The position numbers and the translations under genes are program-made. Under the pieces are notes generated by a model. The model was not told the DNA's origin, ran no database searches, and worked only from the letters and a program-made list of their open reading frames with translations. Shown in pieces: positions 1-8,358 of a stretch of 20,000 nt of DNA. Positions within the stretch are counted from its first letter, which is position 1. Each line of letters starts with the position of its first letter. This DNA comes from an uncultured virus (IMG/VR IMGVR_UViG_3300031555_002574) (lineage: Duplodnaviria > Heunggongvirae > Uroviricota > Caudoviricetes): IMG/VR virus record IMGVR_UViG_3300031555_002574; one strand, given 5' to 3'.

Positions 1-2953
1 TTCTTATTTTATTAGCCGATATTATCTCAACATCTTTTTTAACTAATTTTCTACCATTTAAATAAATATCGTACCAATTAAAATCAAATGGTTTATCTAT
101 TTTACCAGATAGATCTATAATTTGATCCCTAGGTATTGATTCTAAATAACAAACTTGTCTCATCATATAAGGCATACATTCAGAAACTAATTTATCACCA
201 GGTTCACTTACGAAACCAGGATAAATTGTCATTTCAGTATATCTATTAGTATATTTATTTGCAAATTCAACCATACCTAAATGTCTAGGTACTAATAAAC
301 CGTTTCTATATAGTCTAAAGTATCTTTGATCACCTTTACTTATACCAAAAGATTGTATAGAGGTCATATTATCTGCAAGATCATCCATTGAAAAAGATTT
401 AATATTATGGTTCTTCTTAACCATAAGTGTCAACTCTTTATTAAGTAACGACTGGTCTATTAATCTTATTTTTATATTTTGTGTACAAGGTAAGAATATT
501 TCACCAAGTTCCAATAAATCTAAACCACCATAACCTACAAAATCATCCTTAGGTATTTGGTCCGCATTTATAACATTAATTTTAACTATTCCATTAACGA
601 TGTTGAATTCATAAACTAAACTCTTATCTTCTGCAGATCTTAATTTGTTTATTATGTTACCATATTCATTAGTTTTCTTAAATATTAACCCATCTTCATC
701 AACATCAAATTGATAGACAGCCCTTTCATTTTCATCTTCCGCTTTTAAATAATAAACATTACTTCCATCTTCAATATTTTCTTGTTTAACAAAATCGATT
801 TTATCGTTTTCTAATTCTTTTATATAATAGTAACCGTTATCAGTTTCTGATAAAATATAATCAAGTACAATATTCGTTTCATTATCTTCAAGATGAATAT
901 CTACTGGAAGAATTATTTGATATAAACTTGGATCTATAACTTCACCTGTAGATTCATCTATTATAAATAAATCATTATATAAAGTTTTATTTCTAACAGC
1001 AAATTCTCCTAAATCTACATTTAATATATCTGATATTCTTTCAGATTTTATTTTATATTCTTTTAATACTGGAGTTAATTTTTCTATTTCTAATACAGTA
1101 TCAGGTTTTACTAAATTACATGGTATGTATAAATAATCTAACATATCAGTTTTGAATACTTGTAAATCATGATATCTGATACCATCAACATGAATTATTA
1201 ATTGATCGTACATCCCTCTAAAGTCGTTTCTAAAAACGAACATATACATGTCTTGATCGAATTCATATGATTTTAATTTTGTATCAGCGTTATTTCTACG
1301 TATTCTGTTAGATAAATCTATTTTAGATACATCCACATAATAATAATTATTACATAAACCTAAATTACGTAAATATCTTCTAAAGTTATTAACGTCCGCA
1401 TGAATAAATTCTTTCATTTTATTTATTTTATATCTAAAATGATCTTCGCAACGTATATGATCAAATATAGCTATAATATCATTTTCTGTTCCGATTTTAA
1501 TATGAGATTGACTTCCTTTATCATATACATACACAGTGTCATTACTCATTCTATTGTATATTATTTCACTATTTAACTGGTCATTTTCTATAAATATTTT
1601 ATGACAGTTAAAATTAACGTCATCATAAATATACCATGCTGTAGGTATACTTTCATCGTATATAGCATCTACTTTTTCAGATTGTAATTGATAATTAGAA
1701 ACGGATATAAGATAAACTTCACCTTTTTCATTTTTAATATATACACCAGGTATATCTTCTGATAGATTTATATTTTTTTGATAATCTTTAATACTATATT
1801 CAACCATTTTAGGATTAAAATTTTTAATTAAATCTGGTATATCGTTATTTTTATATCGTTCTAAATAATCAGGTACATATTTATGATATGATGCTAACAT
1901 GTCTAGGTGTTTTAACTGGTTTAATTTATTTTCATAATAAAATACATATATAAATATATCTTTTTTATTTATTATATCATCAACACCTTCTATATGATAT
2001 ATATTAGGATAATGATGACGTATTTTCGCTTCATGTAAATAAATACCATCACTATCAACAACTAAACAGTTATCTATGGCTACAGGATAGTCTTGCATAG
2101 GAATTTCAAACCAAGCATTACCTTTTTCATTATGTAATTTGAATAAAAGATTTCTTAAAGGTATTACTTGTAAATCTACCGCACTATTATCAGGATATTT
2201 AGTTAATACATAGTCAATTGTACGTTCATTGACGTATAAACCTCCATCTTTCATCACAAATGACGTAGGGATAGATTCTATATTATTAACGTGTGTTATA
2301 TATGCTAGAGCATTATTATAATCAACACCATCATTTAAACCTATTACTCTTTCAGGTATTCCTGTAGTTTTATTTAGTGTTCTTAATCTGTAAGCATTAG
2401 TAGAAATAGATTTTATACCTGTATTAGGTATAATATACAATGTTACATTAACATTCTCCTCAATATAACGTTTCATTTCATCAATCGAAAATCCTTCATC
2501 GGTAGGTACTTCGCAGCAATTTAATATAATGTAAGTTTTATCTTCTTTACATAGTAGCTTTACACCCTTAGTATATAATCTACCTTCAATGAATAATAAA
2601 AATGACGAGTCGAATAAATCAGGTCGTTTATTTATTTCGTTAAAACTTAACTCTTTTTCATATAATTTTGAACGTTTATACATTAAACGCTTACCGACAT
2701 TTATAAATTCATGTTCTATAAAGAATACCCAACGTCTAGGTAATAATACGGAATTATGATTAACGTTATTAGTTTTATATATTTCTTGCATTTTAAAATC
2801 AAAACGTTTATAACCCGTAGAATCTAATTGAAATTCTCTTAGATATTTATAAGCTGACATTTTGGATTCTTGTAGCGTATCTTCAACAACACGTAAATTA
2901 AATGTGTTATTTTTATAGGCGTTGTATCTAAATTTATATCTTTCAGTATCCAT
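1..2953 (-). CDS. Large hypothetical protein (>984 aa, 3' end outside window), probable jumbo-phage virion structural protein
   Basis: Minus-strand ATG at 2953 preceded by SD GGAGG (2961-2965). Read by hand, the frame stays open from MDTERYKFRYNAYKNN... to ...FDFNWYDIYLNGRKLVKKDVEIISANKIR at the window edge. It is absent from the ORF track, consistent with having no stop in the window. Beta-rich with recurring F/Y-x-(D/N)-G-x-L type motifs; structural role is inferred from this, the context and the late-type promoter. Confidence 0.8.
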   Translation of the reverse strand, partial: MDTERYKFRYNAYKNNTFNLRVVEDTLQESKMSAYKYLREFQLDSTGYKRFDFKMQEIYKTNNVNHNSVLLPRRWVFFIEHEFINVGKRLMYKRSKLYEKELSFNEINKRPDLFDSSFLLFIEGRLYTKGVKLLCKEDKTYIILNCCEVPTDEGFSIDEMKRYIEENVNVTLYIIPNTGIKSISTNAYRLRTLNKTTGIPERVIGLNDGVDYNNALAYITHVNNIESIPTSFVMKDGGLYVNERTIDYVLTKYPDNSAVDLQVIPLRNLLFKLHNEKGNAWFEIPMQDYPVAIDNCLVVDSDGIYLHEAKIRHHYPNIYHIEGVDDIINKKDIFIYVFYYENKLNQLKHLDMLASYHKYVPDYLERYKNNDIPDLIKNFNPKMVEYSIKDYQKNINLSEDIPGVYIKNEKGEVYLISVSNYQLQSEKVDAIYDESIPTAWYIYDDVNFNCHKIFIENDQLNSEIIYNRMSNDTVYVYDKGSQSHIKIGTENDIIAIFDHIRCEDHFRYKINKMKEFIHADVNNFRRYLRNLGLCNNYYYVDVSKIDLSNRIRRNNADTKLKSYEFDQDMYMFVFRNDFRGMYDQLIIHVDGIRYHDLQVFKTDMLDYLYIPCNLVKPDTVLEIEKLTPVLKEYKIKSERISDILNVDLGEFAVRNKTLYNDLFIIDESTGEVIDPSLYQIILPVDIHLEDNETNIVLDYILSETDNGYYYIKELENDKIDFVKQENIEDGSNVYYLKAEDENERAVYQFDVDEDGLIFKKTNEYGNIINKLRSAEDKSLVYEFNIVNGIVKINVINADQIPKDDFVGYGGLDLLELGEIFLPCTQNIKIRLIDQSLLNKELTLMVKKNHNIKSFSMDDLADNMTSIQSFGISKGDQRYFRLYRNGLLVPRHLGMVEFANKYTNRYTEMTIYPGFVSEPGDKLVSECMPYMMRQVCYLESIPRDQIIDLSGKIDKPFDFNWYDIYLNGRKLVKKDVEIISANKIR

Positions 2954-2986
2954 CGCTTATCCTCCTTTTCAATTTAAATCAATCCT

Positions 2987-2998
2987 TAATAACTTGTT
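2987..2998 (-). promoter_or_regulatory. Putative phage late promoter AACA-N6-TA (AACA agttat TA)
   Basis: Minus-strand motif ending 34 nt upstream of ATG 2953; matches the AR9 nvRNAP late consensus AACA-N6-TA/G. Confidence 0.65.
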
Positions 2999-3031
2999 TT
3001 CCCTGATCTTATTAAAAAATATATTCAACAT

Positions 3032-3043
3032 AACAAATTGATA
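3032..3043 (+). promoter_or_regulatory. Putative phage late promoter AACA-N6-TA (AACA aattga TA)
   Basis: Motif ending 27 nt upstream of ATG 3070; divergent partner of the 2987-2998 motif. Confidence 0.65.
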
Positions 3044-3069
3044 GAAATAAAATATAGGAGGTAAATGCA

Positions 3070-3828
3070 ATGAAAAAAGATAAAAAAGAGGCTTTAAAAA
3101 ATAAAATAGATGAAGTATTACAAGAGAAATTAGCTAAAATTAGAAATAGATTAGTTGAAGAAGAATTAGAAGAGGAAGAGGAAAAAGTAATAGAACCTTT
3201 TTTAATGTTAGATCCAGATGAAGTTGATTTGGAAGCATTAATTGAATATTGTAAAGAAGAAGGGTTAGAATTACATTTTATGGATGAAGTTGGTGAATTA
3301 CATCAATTTGAAGATTTAAATGATGTTTTACATCCAGAAGCTTGCCCTTCAGAAGAACCTTATATAAATGAAGAAGAAATAGAATATATACCAATAAATG
3401 AAGTCGAATTAAATGAAGAAGAACTACATGAATTGAATGAAGTTACAAAAGACATTGAGGCTATAGATGATTTATTAGCTATACCTTGTGAAGTAAATGG
3501 TAAAGCTGAAGTATTAGTTGATATGGTTAATTGTAATGTAAAACCTATTCCTTTATTAGGAATATATTTAATAGCACCAATTAATATTAAATTTGTAAAA
3601 GTAACATTAGATGCAGATATGCAATCGGACGAAGAGATCGAAATTGAATTCATATTTAAAAGTGGAGATCAACAGGTTATATTAAAAATGGATTTACACA
3701 CATTAGTAAATGCAGGATTAATATCGTTAGCTTGTATTGATGCTGATGAACCATTGAGAGTTTCACCAGCTGAGTTCAGAGGAATGACTCTTCCTGCGGA
3801 TATATCAGAAATAAATAAATTATTTTAA
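3070..3828 (+). CDS. Highly acidic hypothetical protein (252 aa)
   Basis: ORF track; SD GGAGG upstream; basic N-terminal helix followed by a very Glu/Asp-rich body; no family recognised. Confidence 0.85.
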   Translation: MKKDKKEALKNKIDEVLQEKLAKIRNRLVEEELEEEEEKVIEPFLMLDPDEVDLEALIEYCKEEGLELHFMDEVGELHQFEDLNDVLHPEACPSEEPYINEEEIEYIPINEVELNEEELHELNEVTKDIEAIDDLLAIPCEVNGKAEVLVDMVNCNVKPIPLLGIYLIAPINIKFVKVTLDADMQSDEEIEIEFIFKSGDQQVILKMDLHTLVNAGLISLACIDADEPLRVSPAEFRGMTLPADISEINKLF

Positions 3829-3843
3829 AAGGAGTGAATTGAT

Positions 3844-4053
3844 TTGTTTGAATTATTATTAATTGTTGTTTTTGCAGTAATATGGGGATGGGCTGGTTAT
3901 AAATTTGCAATGATGATGAATGAATATAGTCAAGCGAAAGTACATCCTAAAATATCTGCAGCTATAGGTGTTTTCTTAGGTGTTAAAGGATTAGCATTAG
4001 TATTATGTTATTATATCGTAATGGGAGTTATATTTAAATTAAAAAATAAATAA
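3844..4053 (+). CDS. Small membrane protein with two predicted TM helices (69 aa, TTG start)
   Basis: SD AGGAG upstream; two hydrophobic stretches (LLLIVVFAVIWGWAGY; AAIGVFLGVKGLALVLCYYIVMGVIF) and a basic C-terminus. Confidence 0.75.
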   Translation: MFELLLIVVFAVIWGWAGYKFAMMMNEYSQAKVHPKISAAIGVFLGVKGLALVLCYYIVMGVIFKLKNK

Positions 4054-4055
4054 TT

Positions 4056-4099
4056 AAATAATCTATCATATAACCAGTTGGTTATATGATAGATTATTT
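4056..4099. terminator. Bidirectional intrinsic terminator between convergent genes
   Basis: Perfect 20-bp inverted repeat aaataatctatcatataacc-agtt-ggttatatgatagattattt between the stops at 4053 (+) and 4101 (-). Confidence 0.85.
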
Positions 4100-4100
4100 G

Positions 4101-4469
4101 TTAATCTTCGTTATAGTATTCATCTAATCCCTCATTTATTTCTTTTTGAGCATTATTTTCATATTCGCGTATTTGTTTAGATTTCTTAGTTTCTGGTATA
4201 ATATTATTCATAATATCATCTCTTAATTTTTTCAATTCACATAAATATTTTTTATTGTTAGTTAATCTTATTAGACTTTCAATAAAATATAGATCATTAT
4301 TCTTTGGTAATTTATGTTTAGCTGCCAATTTACATAATGCTTTACCAGCCTGAACTGATTTAACATGTGAATGACATTCATAACTAGACTTTGTATTAAC
4401 AACAACAAAACCACCGTCTGTTGTTTTTCTAACTACAAATTGATCGTATCTATAAACATAGTTATTCAT
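4101..4469 (-). CDS. Hypothetical phage protein (122 aa) downstream of endolysin
   Basis: ORF track; SD AAGGAG upstream; motifs FVVVNTK...HSHVKS...ESLIRL recall uncharacterised clostridial phage proteins (from memory, not searched). Confidence 0.8.
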   Translation of the reverse strand: MNNYVYRYDQFVVRKTTDGGFVVVNTKSSYECHSHVKSVQAGKALCKLAAKHKLPKNNDLYFIESLIRLTNNKKYLCELKKLRDDIMNNIIPETKKSKQIREYENNAQKEINEGLDEYYNED

Positions 4470-4498
4470 ACTAACTCTACTCCTTAAAATATTTATGC

Positions 4499-4520
4499 AG
4501 GACGTTCTAGTGAACGTCCT
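4499..4520. terminator. Stem-loop downstream of endolysin (terminator or stabiliser)
   Basis: aggacgttc-tagt-gaacgtcct, 9-bp stem; only a weak U tract on the minus strand. Confidence 0.55.
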
Positions 4521-4536
4521 TTATAATTTAATATTT

Positions 4537-5424
4537 TTATACTAATTTTACATAATCTCCAGATATAAATCCTTGTTTTCCGTTAAAAATTACTCCAAAC
4601 CAACCATTTAAACAATAACCTACAGTTACTACTTGGTCTTTTTTAAGTTGACCTAATATCGTATTATATTTAGCATCATTTGGTCTTCCTGCTCTTACAT
4701 TTAAACTACTAGCAGTTACTTTAACTTTAGCATTATAAGTTCCATTTTTCCATGGTTTTCCTGTAGATGGAAGATTTACTGGTTGTGTAACTTCTTGTAC
4801 AGGTTGTTTAACTGGTGCACTTGGTGCTTTATAAGCCACACCAAAATGTTCACATATTCCTTTTAATGTTGCTTCACATAATAAATCTCTTTTGTTTTTT
4901 AATAGAGCAACACCATCTTTGTTGCTATAGAATTCATATTCAATTAATATTGCAGGTGAATTTGTATTCTTAACAACATAAAAATTATTTGATTTATGTC
5001 CTCTATTTTTAAATCCTTTATCTATAGCATATACATCTTTATATATAGCATTACAAACTTTTTTAGCTGCATCAGCTGATTTAGATGAACATCCAACAGA
5101 TGTGTAAACTTCTACACCTCTGGCAGTTGACCATCCTCCTGTACCGGCAGCGTTTGCGTGTAAACTAACATAAAGACAATTCTTTTTACCTATTTTATTA
5201 TAATATTTATTAGCTAAACTACATCTAGTTGCTAATGATACTTCAGCACCTTTTTCTGGAGTTGGGTTAACAAGATAAACTGTAAAGCCTAACTGTTCTA
5301 ATCTAGCTTTTAGTTTATATTGCATATCATTATTGAATTCCCACTCCTTTAAACTGCTATCAGGTGAACGTTTCCCTGCAGTTACAGACGCATGTCCTGC
5401 ATCTAATATTATATAATTCGCCAT
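4537..5424 (-). CDS. Endolysin: N-acetylmuramoyl-L-alanine amidase (Amidase_3) with C-terminal SH3b cell-wall-binding domain
   Basis: Zn-amidase motifs IILDAGH, LKEWEFN, VSLHANA, AILIEY; P/V/Q-rich linker; SH3_3-like C-terminus VTASSLNVRAG...NGWFGVIFNGKQGFISGDYV; no signal peptide. Confidence 0.95.
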   Translation of the reverse strand: MANYIILDAGHASVTAGKRSPDSSLKEWEFNNDMQYKLKARLEQLGFTVYLVNPTPEKGAEVSLATRCSLANKYYNKIGKKNCLYVSLHANAAGTGGWSTARGVEVYTSVGCSSKSADAAKKVCNAIYKDVYAIDKGFKNRGHKSNNFYVVKNTNSPAILIEYEFYSNKDGVALLKNKRDLLCEATLKGICEHFGVAYKAPSAPVKQPVQEVTQPVNLPSTGKPWKNGTYNAKVKVTASSLNVRAGRPNDAKYNTILGQLKKDQVVTVGYCLNGWFGVIFNGKQGFISGDYVKLV

Positions 5425-5471
5425 TAATATCTACTCCCTTCAAATTTGACAATTGAATTTCTTATTCAATT

Positions 5472-5483
5472 TAATTAGTTGTT
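5472..5483 (-). promoter_or_regulatory. Putative phage late promoter AACA-N6-TA (AACA actaat TA) for the endolysin
   Basis: Minus-strand motif ending 48 nt upstream of ATG 5424. Confidence 0.65.
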
Positions 5484-5490
5484 CCACCTC

Positions 5491-5502
5491 AACAAATATT
5501 TA
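5491..5502 (+). promoter_or_regulatory. Putative phage late promoter AACA-N6-TA (AACA aatatt TA)
   Basis: Motif ending 31 nt upstream of ATG 5533; back-to-back with the endolysin promoter, 7 bp apart. Confidence 0.65.
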
Positions 5503-5532
5503 ATAAAACTAAAATAAGGAAGTGAAATTCTA

Positions 5533-5862
5533 ATGTATAAAATACGTTTGATAAGGGACAAACTTAAACGTAAAAAAATGAAATCACATAGTAGAACAAG
5601 TAAATTCATAATAGTGTTTGTAATATTATCTTTATTTACTTATACTACTGCTGCAATTTGGTTACAATTAAGAATAGGAGTGGAAATATCACCAACACTT
5701 ACTACTTGCTTTTACGCATTTTGTACTGGAGAGCTTTGGTTACTTGCTTCTATTAAGAAGTCTAAAATTGCTAATGGGCAAAAATCTAGAGCGTATGATA
5801 CTGAAATAGATAATTACAAAGGCGAGTCTACCGTCAATAATGATGAAGAACCTAAAGGATAA
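5533..5862 (+). CDS. Membrane protein, putative holin (109 aa)
   Basis: Basic N-terminus, two hydrophobic segments (FIIVFVILSLFTYTTAAIWL; LTTCFYAFCTGELWLLASI), charged tail; adjacent to endolysin. Holin function is inferred. Confidence 0.65.
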   Translation: MYKIRLIRDKLKRKKMKSHSRTSKFIIVFVILSLFTYTTAAIWLQLRIGVEISPTLTTCFYAFCTGELWLLASIKKSKIANGQKSRAYDTEIDNYKGESTVNNDEEPKG

Positions 5863-5889
5863 AAAGAAAAGGACAATGTCCTTTTCTTT
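5863..5889 (+). terminator. Intrinsic terminator
   Basis: aaagaaaaggac-aat-gtccttttcttt immediately after the stop at 5862, followed by a T-rich tract. Confidence 0.85.
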
Positions 5890-5950
5890 ATTTTTTATAT
5901 TGTAAATTGAATTTCTTTTGTTTTATAGTAAGGAGATTTTTTCAGAAAAA

Positions 5951-5985
5951 AACAATGTAATAAGTCAATAAATAACAGACTAATA
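5951..5985 (+). promoter_or_regulatory. Two tandem putative late promoters (AACA atgtaa TA at 5951-5962; AACA gactaa TA at 5974-5985)
   Basis: Both match AACA-N6-TA and lie upstream of SD AAGGAG and ATG 6008. Confidence 0.6.
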
Positions 5986-6007
5986 ATTTAATAAAGGAGT
6001 TGAATAT

Positions 6008-7021
6008 ATGAGTAAAAAATATAATGAAGAGAACTTATTAGGTATTCATTCATTACTTATTGGTGACGGAATACCTGAAAATAATCGATACTATCGTAAA
6101 GGTTGTATAATTGTAAATGTAGGGGAAAAAAGAGAAACTGAACCTATATACATGTGTGTAGAAGATGGATACCCTGGTAAATGGATAGTTGTAGGTGCTG
6201 GAGGTGGATCTGGTGAAGGCGGTGTAGGACCTCAGGGACCTAAAGGTGATAAAGGAGAACAAGGTGAAGTTGGACCTAAAGGTGATAAAGGAGAACAAGG
6301 TGAAGTTGGACCTAAAGGTGATAAAGGAGAACAAGGTGAAGTTGGACCACAAGGACCTCAAGGTGAAAAAGGAGAACAAGGACCTAAAGGTGATAAAGGA
6401 GAACAAGGTGAAGTTGGACCTGCTGGTAAAGATGTTGATCCTGAAGTATTATTAGGAATAGAATCAAGATTAACTGAATTAGAACAACCTAAACATTCTG
6501 TAACAGGATTACCTAAAGGTGCTGTTGTTGAGTATAAAGATAATGAAATAAGAATAATGTGTCCTAATAATGCTGAATTCAAACAACAAGAAGTTGGTGA
6601 AGGAGGAAGTCCTAACATATATTATATGGCTATGACTACTCAAGCTCCAGAAGGTGCTGTTGCTTTCAATGAGGGTGATAGAGGAGTTATTGCTGAAAGA
6701 AACGTTTCACTAGAAGGTAAAAAATCAAAAACTATATGGTTAGCACTTGCTAGTCTAAGTGGTGGTGTATGGAATTACTATGGAAAAGGTTCTGCTGGAG
6801 CAAACTTAATAGGTTGGGATTATATAATAGAATGGTTAGATGCTGAAGGTAATATTATAGAAACTAACTCTATAAGAATAAATTTAACAAATGAAAATTG
6901 TCATGGTGTAAGTTTATTTACTGCTGTTAAAGAATTATCTAAGATGTTTAAGTTCAATGCTAATGGTGAACTTGAAGTAACTATAGATGGAATAACTAAA
7001 ATATTTGTACCTAAAGAATAA
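6008..7021 (+). CDS. Collagen-like phage fibre protein (337 aa)
   Basis: About 23 consecutive G-X-Y triplets (GPKGDKGEQGEV units), an N-terminal module ending MCVEDGYPGKW, and a globular C-terminal domain. Confidence 0.88.
   Translation: MSKKYNEENLLGIHSLLIGDGIPENNRYYRKGCIIVNVGEKRETEPIYMCVEDGYPGKWIVVGAGGGSGEGGVGPQGPKGDKGEQGEVGPKGDKGEQGEVGPKGDKGEQGEVGPQGPQGEKGEQGPKGDKGEQGEVGPAGKDVDPEVLLGIESRLTELEQPKHSVTGLPKGAVVEYKDNEIRIMCPNNAEFKQQEVGEGGSPNIYYMAMTTQAPEGAVAFNEGDRGVIAERNVSLEGKKSKTIWLALASLSGGVWNYYGKGSAGANLIGWDYIIEWLDAEGNIIETNSIRINLTNENCHGVSLFTAVKELSKMFKFNANGELEVTIDGITKIFVPKE
6236..6415 (+). repeat. 36-bp direct repeats encoding GPKGDKGEQGEV
   Basis: ggacctaaaggtgataaaggagaacaaggtgaagtt is exact at 6236, 6272, 6308 and 6380, with a variant unit at 6344. 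Confidence 0.95.
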
Positions 7022-7025
7022 AAAA

Positions 7026-7037
7026 AACAAGTCAATA
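7026..7037 (+). promoter_or_regulatory. Putative phage late promoter AACA-N6-TA (AACA agtcaa TA)
   Basis: Directly after the stop at 7021; implies a leader of about 115 nt before ATG 7153. Confidence 0.55.
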
Positions 7038-7152
7038 ACCTTGAATATGAAAGGCGATGAACTTGCAAATAGATAATTGAAAATAATTATAAGTAGAGTT
7101 ACTAAAATATTCTGTCTAAAGAATAGACTAAACATAGAAAGGGAGTGTAAAT

Positions 7153-7461
7153 ATGCATGAGGAAAATATAAATGAATTAATAATAGAACTTAAAGACTAT
7201 ATAGATCAAGTATTAGATAGTAATGAAATGGTTATGAATGATTCATTAAAAAATGCTATAGATCATATAAATACGTTAAGTTATACACTGAACCAACGTT
7301 TAAATGAACTTGAAAACAATAAAGGTTCCGGAGGAAATGAAGAAATAGAAAATGGTATAACTGAAATAAATGTTAATATAGATATTTTAAACCAACGTTT
7401 AAATAATATAATAACAAATGAGGAAATTAATAACATTTTCACAGATATTTTTGAGGAATAA
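7153..7461 (+). CDS. Acidic coiled-coil hypothetical protein (102 aa), possible fibre or decoration component
   Basis: SD GGGAG; heptad-like I/L/N pattern; internal repeat LNQRLN x2; C-terminal ITNEEINNIF. Confidence 0.8.
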   Translation: MHEENINELIIELKDYIDQVLDSNEMVMNDSLKNAIDHINTLSYTLNQRLNELENNKGSGGNEEIENGITEINVNIDILNQRLNNIITNEEINNIFTDIFEE

Positions 7462-7467
7462 TCACAT

Positions 7468-7511
7468 GTTGTAAGGTTCTTAAATAAATTATATTTTAAG
7501 AATCTTACAAC
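7468..7511 (+). terminator. Stem-loop / probable terminator
   Basis: gttgtaaggttcttaaa...tttaagaatcttacaac, a 17-bp inverted repeat with one G-U pair, just after the stop at 7461. Confidence 0.7.
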
Positions 7512-7515
7512 TTAA

Positions 7516-7527
7516 AACAATCATTTA
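7516..7527 (+). promoter_or_regulatory. Putative phage late promoter AACA-N6-TA (AACA atcatt TA) for the 7589/8359 operon
   Basis: Immediately downstream of the 7468-7511 hairpin and upstream of the next gene. Confidence 0.6.
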
Positions 7528-7588
7528 AGTATATAAAATATACAATAAATTAATATAATTAATTACTAAAAGGTAGGTGATATTTGAA

Positions 7589-8338
7589 ATGTCTTCTTTA
7601 ATAAATAAAGAAAAGCTGGAGTATGTAATTAGAAAATTAAAAGAAAAGTTTGTAACTCGTAAAGAGTTTATGAAGGTTACAGACGCTATAGATACACCAC
7701 CAACATATGTAAAACCATCATGTTCAATCACACTAAATGCGAGTCTATTAAAACATAATGTTTCGACAGCATTAACAATTAAACCTAATTTTGTAAAAAA
7801 TGATGCAGGAAATGTTGTGGAGTATATATTAAAAAAAGGAGAAGAAGAATTAGTTTCTTCTGCTACTTTATGTGATTATGTTGACACTGTTCAAATCGCA
7901 CATAATAGCACTATAACATACAATATAACTATCAAATATGCTGATGGTGTTATAAAGCAGACATTATTAGGATTAGACTATCCTGAAACAAGTATTAAAG
8001 CTGGTAGTGTAAATTCTAATAAATCAATAAAAGCTTACGCTAATAGCTATTATGGAGTTATAACAGGTAATTCAATAACTGAGGAAGAAGTAAAAAATTT
8101 AACTAGTAGTACTAATACTAGTAAATCATATACAGCTACATTTAATTTAACAAATCAAAGATCTGTATTTTTATACCCTGCTAGTTTTGGTATATTAAGT
8201 ACTATAAAAGATGCTAACAACTTCGATTATATAAACAGTTATACCAGATCAGAAATGGTTATAGATGGCGTAGATTACTATGTTTATATATTAACAGATC
8301 CTGTTACAATTAGTAATTTTAAACAAATTTTTAATTAA
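7589..8338 (+). CDS. Putative virion structural protein with Ig-like beta domains (about 249 aa)
   Basis: ORF track starts at GTG 7577, but the in-frame ATG 7589 has a well-spaced SD (AGGTGA). Ser/Thr-rich beta sequence; C-terminal YYG...FLYPASFGILSTIKDANNFD...YYVY module. Only 20 bp from the giant gene. Confidence 0.8.
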   Translation: MSSLINKEKLEYVIRKLKEKFVTRKEFMKVTDAIDTPPTYVKPSCSITLNASLLKHNVSTALTIKPNFVKNDAGNVVEYILKKGEEELVSSATLCDYVDTVQIAHNSTITYNITIKYADGVIKQTLLGLDYPETSIKAGSVNSNKSIKAYANSYYGVITGNSITEEEVKNLTSSTNTSKSYTATFNLTNQRSVFLYPASFGILSTIKDANNFDYINSYTRSEMVIDGVDYYVYILTDPVTISNFKQIFN

Positions 8339-8358
8339 AAAGAAGAGGTGGAAAAATT

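Noticed and set aside
6236..6415. 36-bp direct repeats as a possible CRISPR array or iteron set
   Set aside because: Contiguous with no spacers and in frame, encoding G-X-Y collagen triplets
3360..7731. Overlapping ORFs at 3360-3653, 6053-6406, 6246-6455, 6358-6618, 6935-7135 and 7525-7731
   Set aside because: Antisense or alternative-frame by-products of real genes, several produced by the collagen 36-bp repeat
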